Shown: piece after piece, positions 9,905 to 18,395 of the stretch | How the letters are laid out: the number at the start of each line of letters is the position of its first letter | Position numbering within the stretch: position 1 is the stretch's first letter | Assembly (NCBI GenBank): GCA_965223265.1 | Contig: OZ244999.1 | Coordinates: 7,072,001-7,136,000 of the forward strand | DNA from: Planctomycetota bacterium | Lineage (GTDB): Bacteria > Planctomycetota > UBA8108 > SXIK01 | Direction of reading: 5' to 3' | DNA length: 64,000 nt | Position numbers and translations under genes: made by a program | The notes under the pieces: generated by a model | The model's database searches: none | Told to the model about the DNA's origin: nothing | Seen by the model: only the letters and a program-made list of their open reading frames with translations

Positions 9905-10389
9905 CCGGCCACTATACGTTTAAAGAAATGAAGGGTACCGACTTCATAGTCGAGAGCGCGATAGAAATCGATTGCGCCCCGATTGTGCGCGAAAACGTTA
10001 AACCACAGATGTTCGCAGTTCGCTGCGCGTGACTCCATCTCGATCACCTGAAGCGCCTCACTACCGAATCCGCAGCGTCGAGACTCGGGTTTGATAAAGA
10101 TGTCGTAGAGAAACGCCTCACGCGCGCGCGGGGTTCCAATCGCGAACCACACGCTCCCGACGATGTCGCCGTCCGCAGTAACGACATTGCGGAAGAAGTG
10201 CCCCACGCTATTGATCCCTTGGGGCAGAAGGGTTTCGATCTGCCGTTTTTCGAGCGCAAATGTCTCCGGGAAAGAAGCGTCCTCGAGGCGCACGCGATTT
10301 CTCGCCAACCTTTCGACAGCAGAATCGATAAAGGTCGAGAACTCCGCCCCTGTCACTGGTTCCAAGGAAATCATGAATGCTCCCTTCAC
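9901..10389 (-). CDS. GNAT N-acetyltransferase
   Basis: FLYDIFIKPESRRCGFGSEAL acetyl-CoA motif; NVFAHNRGAIDFYRALDY. Confidence 0.85.
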   Translation of the reverse strand: MKGAFMISLEPVTGAEFSTFIDSAVERLARNRVRLEDASFPETFALEKRQIETLLPQGINSVGHFFRNVVTADGDIVGSVWFAIGTPRAREAFLYDIFIKPESRRCGFGSEALQVIEMESRAANCEHLWFNVFAHNRGAIDFYRALDYEVGTLHFFKRIVAG

Positions 10390-10463
10390 GAAGACAGGGT
10401 CGCAAGATGACTGATGCCGTTTCTTACGTTATGGTAATCACACTTCGTCTGCCAAGCCTTAAC

Positions 10464-10480
10464 CAGTCTGTTGAAAAAGT
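10464..10480 (+). repeat. Solitary terminal inverted repeat of the MITE family
   Basis: CAGTCTGTTGAAAAAGT preceded by TTAAC; matches the MITE end CAGCCTGTTGAAAAAGT at 16/17. Confidence 0.55.
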
Positions 10481-10483
10481 CTC

Positions 10484-11944
10484 ATGAATCACTATCGCTG
10501 TTCAGCTCTCAGCAGTCTTGCTCTGACGTTTTTCCTGACGGTGCTCACACTCGGCTCGCCGCCTCCCGACACACACACCAACATCGTCATCATCCTCGTC
10601 GACGATCTCGGCTGGTCCGACCTCGCGTGCTATGGCGCGGATCTGCACGAGACTCCGAACATCGATCGGCTCGCCGCCGAAGGCGTGCGGTTCACCGACG
10701 CGTACTCGGCCTCGCCAGTTTGCTCGCCGACGCGCGCGAGCATCATGACCGGAAAGCACCCGGCGCGGCTGCACATGACGATCTGGCATGAAGGGTCGCT
10801 GGAAGCCGTTCGCGACCGGGAGCTGATCCCGCCTCAGACCGTGGCCAACCTGCCGCACTCCGAAGTCACCGTTGCGGAAGTGCTCAAGAACGACGGCTAC
10901 GCTACGGCTCATGTCGGCAAGTGGCACCTCGGCGCGGCCGGGTACTATCCTGAGACGCAAGGCTTTGACGTCAACATCGGCGGCACCTTCTGGGGCGCGC
11001 CGCCGACTTTCTTCTATCCGTACCGCGGCGCGTTCGGGAGCCGCCGCGAGCTGCGCTACGTGCCGGGCCTCACAGGCGGCAGAAAAGGCGAGTACCTCAC
11101 GGACCGCCTCACAAGCGAAGCCATTGCGTGGCTGGGAAGCAAGAGCGACGGTTCTTTCTTTCTCCACCTCGCGTTTCACACCGTCCATACACCGATCGAA
11201 GGCAAGCCCGAGATCGTCGAGAAGTTCCGGCAGAAGTTGTCACCTGAATTGCGGCACCAAAACGCCGAGTTCGCCGCCATGGTCAAAAGCCTCGACGAGA
11301 ACGTCGGCCTACTGCTCGCCAAGCTCGAGCAGCTCGGCGTGGCTGACGAGACCGCCGTCTTTTTTTTGTCGGACAACGGCGGCTACATCGGGCGCAACCG
11401 CGGCAACAAGGTGACCGACAACGCACCGCTGCGCTCCGGCAAGGGGTCGGTTTACGAAGGCGGAATCCGCGTCCCACTCATCGTCCGCTGGCCTGGTGTG
11501 ACACCAGCTGGGTCGGTCTGCAGCGAGCCGGTGATCTCTTCCGATCTTTACCCAACGCTCCTGGAAATCTCGGGACAGTCCGGCGACGCGAGCCACAACG
11601 CCGACGTCGACGGGCTCAGCCTGGCGCCGCTGTTGAAAGACCCAAGTGCACGCCTGCAGCGAGACGCTCTCCACTTTCATTACCCACACTACTATTTTAG
11701 TCCGCCGACCAAACCAGTGAGCGCCATTCGGGCGCGCGACTGGAAGCTCGTCGAACATCACACCGATGGACGGCTCGAGCTGTTTCGCCTCAAGGATGAT
11801 CTCAGCGAAACACACGATCTGAGCGCCGTGAATCCCGAAAAAGCCCGCGCGCTTCGCGAGCGTTTGATGGCGTGGCGCGGGCGCGTCGGAGCGCAGATGC
11901 CGCGGCGCAATCCCGATTTCAGACCGTCGCCAGCGCGGCGATAG
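10484..11944 (+). CDS. Sulfatase (formylglycine-dependent), secreted
   Basis: Signal peptide, NIVIILVDDLGW, CSPTRAS, GKWHLG, SDNGG, KGSVYEGGIRVP. Confidence 0.95.
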   Translation: MNHYRCSALSSLALTFFLTVLTLGSPPPDTHTNIVIILVDDLGWSDLACYGADLHETPNIDRLAAEGVRFTDAYSASPVCSPTRASIMTGKHPARLHMTIWHEGSLEAVRDRELIPPQTVANLPHSEVTVAEVLKNDGYATAHVGKWHLGAAGYYPETQGFDVNIGGTFWGAPPTFFYPYRGAFGSRRELRYVPGLTGGRKGEYLTDRLTSEAIAWLGSKSDGSFFLHLAFHTVHTPIEGKPEIVEKFRQKLSPELRHQNAEFAAMVKSLDENVGLLLAKLEQLGVADETAVFFLSDNGGYIGRNRGNKVTDNAPLRSGKGSVYEGGIRVPLIVRWPGVTPAGSVCSEPVISSDLYPTLLEISGQSGDASHNADVDGLSLAPLLKDPSARLQRDALHFHYPHYYFSPPTKPVSAIRARDWKLVEHHTDGRLELFRLKDDLSETHDLSAVNPEKARALRERLMAWRGRVGAQMPRRNPDFRPSPARR

Positions 11945-12197
11945 AAGCGCCCGTCACACAGCGACGAGCGGCTCAACCGCGTACGATCGCTGCATCCTCG
12001 CTGCGCCTTCGTCGGCTAGTTTGCGTTCTGTCGGCGTCGCACCAAAATACCATCCGACGAGGCGGCATCGGGTCGGTAAGGTTAGCCCCACGGCCGTGCG
12101 AGTCGCAGAGATCAGAGAAGAGATCTGTGGGACACTGAGATTCGCTCGGCTAAGATGGGCAGTTCAGCAGCAAAGCCATTTCCATCGTGGAGGACGA

Positions 12198-12998
12198 ATG
12201 TCCCAGCAGGACCTAAAATCCGCCGAGGTGTTCTACCCCGAAAGCGATGGGATCCCGATGGAAAGTGATCTCCATCGCGACCTCATGTGCGATTTGATCG
12301 CTGCGGCGCGGTACCACTTTCGCGACCGCCTGGACTTCTACGTCAGCGGCAACCTTTTCATCTATTACGAGGAAGGAAACCCTCGCAAGTCGATTGGGCC
12401 AGACTTCTTTGCCGTGCGCGGCATCGCGAGTCACCGGCGCCGCGTCTTCAAGCTGTGGGAGGAAGCCAACGGTCCCGAAATCGTGATCGAGATCACGTCG
12501 CGGAAGACGCATCGTGAAGATCTAGGCAAGAAACGCGACGTCTACACGCAGTTGGGCGTGCAGGAGTACTTTCTCGTCGATCCCGAAGGCATACGCTTCG
12601 ATCCTCAGCTGCGCGGTTTTCGGTTGCGAACCGGTTCGAGACCTCTCATGCAACCGGTTGCCGCGACCAGAGCGCCCAACGGCGCGCTGAGGCTGGAGAG
12701 TGACGTTTTGGGGCTGACGCTCGAAGCTCACGGCGAACAGGTCCGCTTCTTGGATTCCAAAGGCGACGCCGTGCCGACGCCGGAGGACTTCCTCCAGCGA
12801 GCCGAGGCGGAAAGGGCCCATGCCGAGGCGGAAAGGACCCATGCCGAGGCGGAAAGGACCCGGGCCGAGGCGGAAAGGACCCGGGCCGAGGCGGAAAGGA
12901 CCCGGGCCGACACCGCCGAGCTTGAGCTGGCACGGCTGCGAGATGAGGTCGCGCGGCTGCGTCGAACGCATGAACGTGACGCATCCGAAAGCCCGTGA
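12198..12998 (+). CDS. Uma2/DUF820 family PD-(D/E)xK endonuclease with coiled-coil tail
   Basis: YPESDGIPMES, GPDFFAV, EIVIEITS, LGVQEYFLVDP; RBS GGAGG before ATG 12198. Confidence 0.9.
   Translation: MSQQDLKSAEVFYPESDGIPMESDLHRDLMCDLIAAARYHFRDRLDFYVSGNLFIYYEEGNPRKSIGPDFFAVRGIASHRRRVFKLWEEANGPEIVIEITSRKTHREDLGKKRDVYTQLGVQEYFLVDPEGIRFDPQLRGFRLRTGSRPLMQPVAATRAPNGALRLESDVLGLTLEAHGEQVRFLDSKGDAVPTPEDFLQRAEAERAHAEAERTHAEAERTRAEAERTRAEAERTRADTAELELARLRDEVARLRRTHERDASESP
12801..12910 (+). repeat. 21-nt coding tandem repeat (five units plus a partial) encoding AEAERT(R/H)
   Basis: GCCGAGGCGGAAAGGACCCGG-like units head to tail, in frame in the Uma2 tail. Confidence 0.9.
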
Positions 12999-13116
12999 CT
13001 CCGCGGTGAGGCAGCGCAGGGGCCGGTCGAAAAGCTGATGGCACTTGATGCAGGCCATGTCCCTTTGTCACGATAGGGGGCAGCGACCAGTGAGTCCTTC
13101 ACCGAATGAGGACAGC

Positions 13117-14529
13117 ATGCTAATTGTTCGTGAGTGCGACAGATCGCGGCGCGCGGTGACCCGGCGCCATTTCCTCACCGCTGGCGCTGTCGGCGTCGGC
13201 GGACTGACTCTCGCGAGCATGCTCCGCGCCGAGGCCGAGGCCGGGATCCGCTCGTCCCGAAAAGCGATCATCAATCTGCACCTCGACGGCGGGCCGTCGC
13301 AGCTGGACACGATCGACATGAAGCCCGACGCGCCGCGTGAAGTTCGTGGCAGCCTCGGATCCATGCCGACCTCGCTGAGCGGATTTCGGATTTGTGAGTT
13401 CATGCCGAAGGTCGCGGCGCTGGCGGAGAAGTTCGTCTTTCTCCGCTCGCTCGTAGGCGCAGCCGGACAACACGACGCATTTCAGTGTCTTTCAGGCTTC
13501 GACCGCACGAGTCTGACCTCCATCGGCGGACGCCCTGCCATGGGAAGTATCCTGTCGCGGCTCAACGGTTCGACGACGGATGCAGCGCCGCCCTTCGTCG
13601 ACCTTATGCAAGGCCGCGCGCTCGTGCGCAACAGCGCTCGCCCCGGTTTTCTTGGTGCCGCTTACGGCCCTTTCCGCCCCGACATGTCGAAGCTGTTCTT
13701 GCGGCCGCTCGAAGACGGAATGAAGAAGGAACTCTCCGCACTCGGTGACGGCCACGTCACGTCGCTCGCACTCTTAGATGCGCTCAGCCCTGAGCGACTG
13801 CGGCGCCGTCTCGGCCTCCTGGAGGAGTTTGACGCGTTTCGACGCCAGGTGGACGCGAAGGCAGATTCGGAAATGGTTGCCATGGACCGCTTCACCCAGC
13901 AAGCCTTCGGCATTCTGACCTCCGGTCGACTGGCCGAAGCGATGGACCTCGGCCGCGAGAACCCGCGTGTCCTCGAGGCATACACCCTGCCGGCGCGACG
14001 CGTCGAGCGCTTCAAACACAGCGACGACGACCGAGCCACGCTCAAGGCTCTACTCGCGCGGCGACTCGTCGAGGCGGGAGTGCGCTGCGTCAGCGTATCG
14101 CTCAGCGATTTTGACACGCACACCGAGAACGACAAACGCATGCGGCACCTGCTGCCGATTCTCGACCACATGCTGGCGACGCTCGTGACGGACCTCGAGC
14201 GCCGCGGTATGCTCGACGACGTCACAGTGATCGCGTGGGGTGAGTTCGGACGCACGCCGCGGATCGACACCAACGGCGCGGGCCGTCACCACTGGCAAGC
14301 CGTGGCGCCGGCGATTCTGGCCGGTGGCGGCATGAAAACCGGTCAGGTGATCGGCGCCACCGACCGCCACGCGGCCGAAGTGGTGTCGCGACCGCTCCAC
14401 TATCAAGACGTCATCGCGACGCTCTACCACAACCTCGGGATCGATCTCGACACTACGACGATCGAAGACCCGAGCGGTCGACCCCAGTACCTGCTCGACC
14501 GTGGCCAGCCGATTGCCGAAGTCGTGTGA
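13117..14529 (+). CDS. DUF1501 family protein, Tat-exported
   Basis: TRRHFL Tat motif, GGPSQLDTIDMKP, LLARRLVEAGVRCV, GEFGRTP, LAGGG, GQVIGATD. Confidence 0.92.
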   Translation: MLIVRECDRSRRAVTRRHFLTAGAVGVGGLTLASMLRAEAEAGIRSSRKAIINLHLDGGPSQLDTIDMKPDAPREVRGSLGSMPTSLSGFRICEFMPKVAALAEKFVFLRSLVGAAGQHDAFQCLSGFDRTSLTSIGGRPAMGSILSRLNGSTTDAAPPFVDLMQGRALVRNSARPGFLGAAYGPFRPDMSKLFLRPLEDGMKKELSALGDGHVTSLALLDALSPERLRRRLGLLEEFDAFRRQVDAKADSEMVAMDRFTQQAFGILTSGRLAEAMDLGRENPRVLEAYTLPARRVERFKHSDDDRATLKALLARRLVEAGVRCVSVSLSDFDTHTENDKRMRHLLPILDHMLATLVTDLERRGMLDDVTVIAWGEFGRTPRIDTNGAGRHHWQAVAPAILAGGGMKTGQVIGATDRHAAEVVSRPLHYQDVIATLYHNLGIDLDTTTIEDPSGRPQYLLDRGQPIAEVV

Positions 14530-14730
14530 GGCCAGTGTCGGCTGACGCCTACTAGCGCCGGAAACCTTGTACAGTCTCAAGGAGTTCCGTCCGCCTTGCG
14601 GGACGCCAGGCGCGCCACTGCCCCGGCGGCTTCGCGCAGAGAACGGATCGAGCTCGCATTGCCGCTCCTTGGCCCGAGCGCTCACCGCGCTCAGGGCTTC
14701 AACGAAGTGACAAAAGTCGCGCATCGCGTG

Positions 14731-14775
14731 TTGACTTCCCATTGAATCAAACGTATGTTTTAATCATTCGTTTGA
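14731..14775 (+). promoter_or_regulatory. Sigma70-type promoter overlapped by a PsrA-like TetR operator
   Basis: TTGACT(14731)-N17-TATGTT(14754); palindrome TCAAACG...CGTTTGA at 14747-14775 containing CAAACGTATGTTT. Confidence 0.7.
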
Positions 14776-14824
14776 CAGAATAAGTGCCAAGCGGACCCCA
14801 CAAGATCCATTATAAAAACAACTT

Positions 14825-15562
14825 GTGACTTCCAACGCGGCTTCGGACCCAGCCAACCGACAGAAACCTGCAGAGGGAACACCTGGAGTGAGCACGAAGG
14901 AGCGACTCCTGGATGCAGCCGAGAGCCTCTACGCGGCAGGCGGCATCGAGGCGACGTCCCTGCGCGCGATCACTGCCGCCGCCCGGGCCAACCTCGCCGC
15001 CGTCCACTACCACTTTGGCTCCAAGGAAGCTCTCACCGAGGCGGTGTTCTCACGCCGCCTCGAGCCGCTCAACCGCGAGCGCCTCGCGCTCCTCGACGAA
15101 CTTGAGGAGAAGAGTAACGACGACAGCCCACCAAGCGTCGACGACGTTCTTCGGGCCTTCCTCGGCCCGCCCATTCGGATGTCGCGCGACCGCGTCAACC
15201 AGCGCTTCATCCGTCTCATGGGACGTATGTACAGTGAAACCAGCGACGAACTCAAAAAGCAGATCGCCTTTCAGTTTCGCGAGATCATTCGCCGCTTCAG
15301 CACGGCCCTGTCGCGAGCTGCGCCCCACTTGGACGACGCCGAGATTCACTGGCGCTTTCAGTTTTCCGTCGGCGCCATGGTGCACACCGTCTGCGATCCG
15401 GTGCGACTTGAGCAGATCTCCGGTGGTCTTTGTGATCCCTCGGACGTCGATGCGACGCTGACTCGACTGGTGTCTTTTCTCGCCGCTGGGTTTCGCTCTC
15501 GCGGGCTGCCGGCAGACGCTTCGCACACCCCGCGCCTCGAAACCGACGAAGGAGCTGGGTGA
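14825..15562 (+). CDS. TetR/AcrR family regulator, PsrA-like
   Basis: TKERLLDAAESLY, TSLRAITAAARANLAAVHYHFGSKEAL, AVFSRRLEP. Start could be the GTG at 14888. Confidence 0.9.
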   Translation: MTSNAASDPANRQKPAEGTPGVSTKERLLDAAESLYAAGGIEATSLRAITAAARANLAAVHYHFGSKEALTEAVFSRRLEPLNRERLALLDELEEKSNDDSPPSVDDVLRAFLGPPIRMSRDRVNQRFIRLMGRMYSETSDELKKQIAFQFREIIRRFSTALSRAAPHLDDAEIHWRFQFSVGAMVHTVCDPVRLEQISGGLCDPSDVDATLTRLVSFLAAGFRSRGLPADASHTPRLETDEGAG

Positions 15563-17106
15563 TGCACGGATTGCGGCGACGACTCAACCTGGCCTTCGTA
15601 GTGTACACGTCCATCCCGCTCGCCGGGTGCGTCACTGCACCAGACATCGCGCACCCTGATCTCGACGTCGCCACTCCAGATCGATGGGGAGCGTCGCAGA
15701 GTTCGACGGGAGAAGCATCAAACTCTGGCGAGCATACACCGATCCAACCCTCCTCGGGCGTGGGAGCAATCGACGAAACGCCGACGCAGATCCCGTTCGA
15801 CTGGTGGCGCGAGTTTCAAGACCCCGAGATCGAGGCGCTCGTCTATGAAGCACTTCGCAAGAATCGAAACCTTCAAGCGACCGCAGCGCGCGTTCTCTCG
15901 GCGGCAGCTCAAGCCCGCATCGCAGGCGCGGACGCCCTGCCGCAGATCGGTTTGAACTTTAACGGTTCGCGCGACAGACGCAACTTCATCGGCCTTCCCG
16001 TTCCTGGGGGCGACGGTGTCTTGACGACGCGGTCGACAACCCTCGGACTGTCGCTCGACGTCAGCTGGGAGCTCGACGTTTGGGGGCGACTGCGATCACA
16101 AACGGGTGCCGCGATTGCTGACACCGAAGCCATCGAAGCGGACTACCATGCAGCGCAATTGTCGCTTGTCGGTCAGACCGTCAAGACGTGGTTCTCGATC
16201 CGCGAAGGGGTAAAGCAAGTCGCCCTCGCGGAAGAGACGCTCGACAGTTTTCGCGCCAGCGCCGAGCAAGTGCAGGATCGTTATGAGCGCGGCCTTCGAC
16301 CGCCTCTCGATCTGCGGCTCGCACGCACGAACGTGGCAACAGCTCAAGCGGTGCTTGAGCAGCGACGTGAAGCGGTGGACAGCCTGAACCGACAGTTCGA
16401 AGTTCTTCTGGGTCGTTACCCCAAGGGCGAGGTGCAGCGTGGAGAAGGCGACGTCCTCGCGAGTGACCTACCCCGGCTCGCACCTCAATTGCCGGCCGGG
16501 ATCCCATCGGAACTCGTCTTTCGTCGCCCGGATTTGGCGGCCGCCGAGCGTCGTTTGGCCGCGGCCGGCGCGCGAGTCGAAGCTGCTCGCGCCGGACTCT
16601 ACCCGCGCTTTAGCTTGACAGCCTCGGGTGGAACGCAAAGTGACGAGTTCGCTGATCTCTTTGATTCCGACTTTTCCGTTTGGCGCTTAGCAGGGAACAT
16701 CTTGCAGCCCATCTTTCAAGGCGGCCGATTGCTCGCCGGCGTCGACGTCGCGATCGCTTCCCAGCGTGAGGCGCTGTCCCGCTACGTGCACGCAAGTCTG
16801 GAGGCTTTCGCAGAAGTTGAATCGGCCATGGCTGCGGAAATCTTCCTCAGCCGCCGCGAAGCCGCACTCGCCGCCGCCGCCGAACAAGCCGTTGCCGCCA
16901 GCGAGCTCGCGCAGCAGAGATACACGAGCGGCCTCGACGACTTCATTACCGTGCGTGAGGCACAGCGATCCGCCTTCGAAAGTCAAAGTCAGCTGCTGGC
17001 CGTGCGGCGGCTTCGCTTGACGCGACGCGTCGATCTTTACCTTGCCCTAGGAGGCGGCTTCGTGAGAGCGACCGCGCCCCAAGCAGACACAGGAGTCCAG
17101 CGGTGA
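15559..17106 (+). CDS. RND efflux outer-membrane lipoprotein (NodT/OprM/TolC family)
   Basis: Lipobox LAGC, WWREFQDP, SWELDVWGR, RRPDLAAAERRL, LYLALGGG. Confidence 0.93.
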   Translation: MMHGLRRRLNLAFVVYTSIPLAGCVTAPDIAHPDLDVATPDRWGASQSSTGEASNSGEHTPIQPSSGVGAIDETPTQIPFDWWREFQDPEIEALVYEALRKNRNLQATAARVLSAAAQARIAGADALPQIGLNFNGSRDRRNFIGLPVPGGDGVLTTRSTTLGLSLDVSWELDVWGRLRSQTGAAIADTEAIEADYHAAQLSLVGQTVKTWFSIREGVKQVALAEETLDSFRASAEQVQDRYERGLRPPLDLRLARTNVATAQAVLEQRREAVDSLNRQFEVLLGRYPKGEVQRGEGDVLASDLPRLAPQLPAGIPSELVFRRPDLAAAERRLAAAGARVEAARAGLYPRFSLTASGGTQSDEFADLFDSDFSVWRLAGNILQPIFQGGRLLAGVDVAIASQREALSRYVHASLEAFAEVESAMAAEIFLSRREAALAAAAEQAVAASELAQQRYTSGLDDFITVREAQRSAFESQSQLLAVRRLRLTRRVDLYLALGGGFVRATAPQADTGVQR

Positions 17107-18392
17107 GTCAAAGCAGCTCTCGTCTTGTGACACTTCTGAAAGCGGTCCTACCCGTCATCATCATCGGCATCGGCATCGGCGTCACGGTGTGGTTGATCCG
17201 CACGCGAGAAGAAGTCGTCACGGTCAAGCAGCCGCGACACGTGCCGACCGTACGTGTCGCGACGGTCAGGCCGCGAGAATTCCAGTTCCAGATCGAGACT
17301 GAGGGAACTGTCCGGCCACGAGTGGAGAGTACGCTGATTCCTGAAGTAACTGGTGTCATCGTCGAAGTAGCCCCGTCCTGGGCGAGCGGCGGTTTCTTTG
17401 CACGAGGCGACATTCTTCTGCGCATCGACCCACGAGACTACGAGCTCGCTCTCGTGCGCGCCGAGTCGGATGTCAAACGAGCTGAAGTCGCCCTGGAGCG
17501 CGAGAAGGGCGAGGCGTCCGTGGCGCGCGCGGAGTGGGAGAAACAGGGCTCGAACAGTCGAACGCCGTCGCCACTCGTCCTTCGTGAGCCTCAACTCGCC
17601 GAAGCCCGCGCACAACTCGCAGCCGCTACCGCCGCGAGAGAACAGGCGCGGATCGACCTTGAACGGACGGTGCTCAAGGCGCCCTACGCGGGCCGTATCC
17701 GATCGAAGAGTGTCGATCTCGCCCAGCACGTCTCGCGCGGAACCCCTGTCGCCGTCATCTACTCGATCGAAGCCGCGGAGATCCGTCTGCCGATTCCTGA
17801 CAGTGAGCTCGCCTTCGTTGATTTGCCGCTCGGCAGCGACATGAACGACTCGCGCAATCTAGCCGATGGAGCAGAAGGCGACAAATCAGGATCTATCGCC
17901 GGTCCGAAGGTCGTGTTGACGGCACTCTTCGCAGGCCGGGAGTTTTCGTGGACTGGGCGCATCGCGCGCACTGAAGGTGAAATCGATCCGCAAAGCCGCA
18001 TGGTTCATGCCGTCGCGGAGGTCATGAATCCCTACGCCAATGGGTCGGACCCGTCGCGCCCGCCGCTCGCGGTCGGCCTCTTCGTCAGAGCGCGGATTCA
18101 GGGTCGCCGGGCCGCTGACGTGTTCGTGCTACCACGGACGGCGCTGCGCCAAGGGGGCAAAGTTCTCGTTGTTGATACACAGTCTCGCCTCCATCTCCGC
18201 CAAGTTGAGGTCGAGAGAATTCAAGGCGAAACGGCCATCGTGAGCTCCGGACTCGAAGCCGGCGAGCGCATCTGCTTGTCGCCGCTGGAGGTGGTCGTCG
18301 ATGGCAAAACGACCGTCCGCGTCGACGCAGCGTCAAGCCAACCGGAAGTCGTTTCCGAACCACCGCAGCCTCCAACGACGCACAGCGAGTAG
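17103..18392 (+). CDS. RND efflux periplasmic adaptor (membrane fusion protein)
   Basis: N-terminal TM, PEVTGVIVEV, LLRIDPRDYE, coiled coil, APYAGRI. Confidence 0.92.
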   Translation: MSQSSSRLVTLLKAVLPVIIIGIGIGVTVWLIRTREEVVTVKQPRHVPTVRVATVRPREFQFQIETEGTVRPRVESTLIPEVTGVIVEVAPSWASGGFFARGDILLRIDPRDYELALVRAESDVKRAEVALEREKGEASVARAEWEKQGSNSRTPSPLVLREPQLAEARAQLAAATAAREQARIDLERTVLKAPYAGRIRSKSVDLAQHVSRGTPVAVIYSIEAAEIRLPIPDSELAFVDLPLGSDMNDSRNLADGAEGDKSGSIAGPKVVLTALFAGREFSWTGRIARTEGEIDPQSRMVHAVAEVMNPYANGSDPSRPPLAVGLFVRARIQGRRAADVFVLPRTALRQGGKVLVVDTQSRLHLRQVEVERIQGETAIVSSGLEAGERICLSPLEVVVDGKTTVRVDAASSQPEVVSEPPQPPTTHSE

Positions 18393-18395
18393 ACA

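Noticed and set aside
12801-12910. 21-nt repeats as a possible CRISPR array
   Set aside because: No spacers; the units are in frame and encode the coiled-coil tail common in Uma2 proteins; no cas genes.
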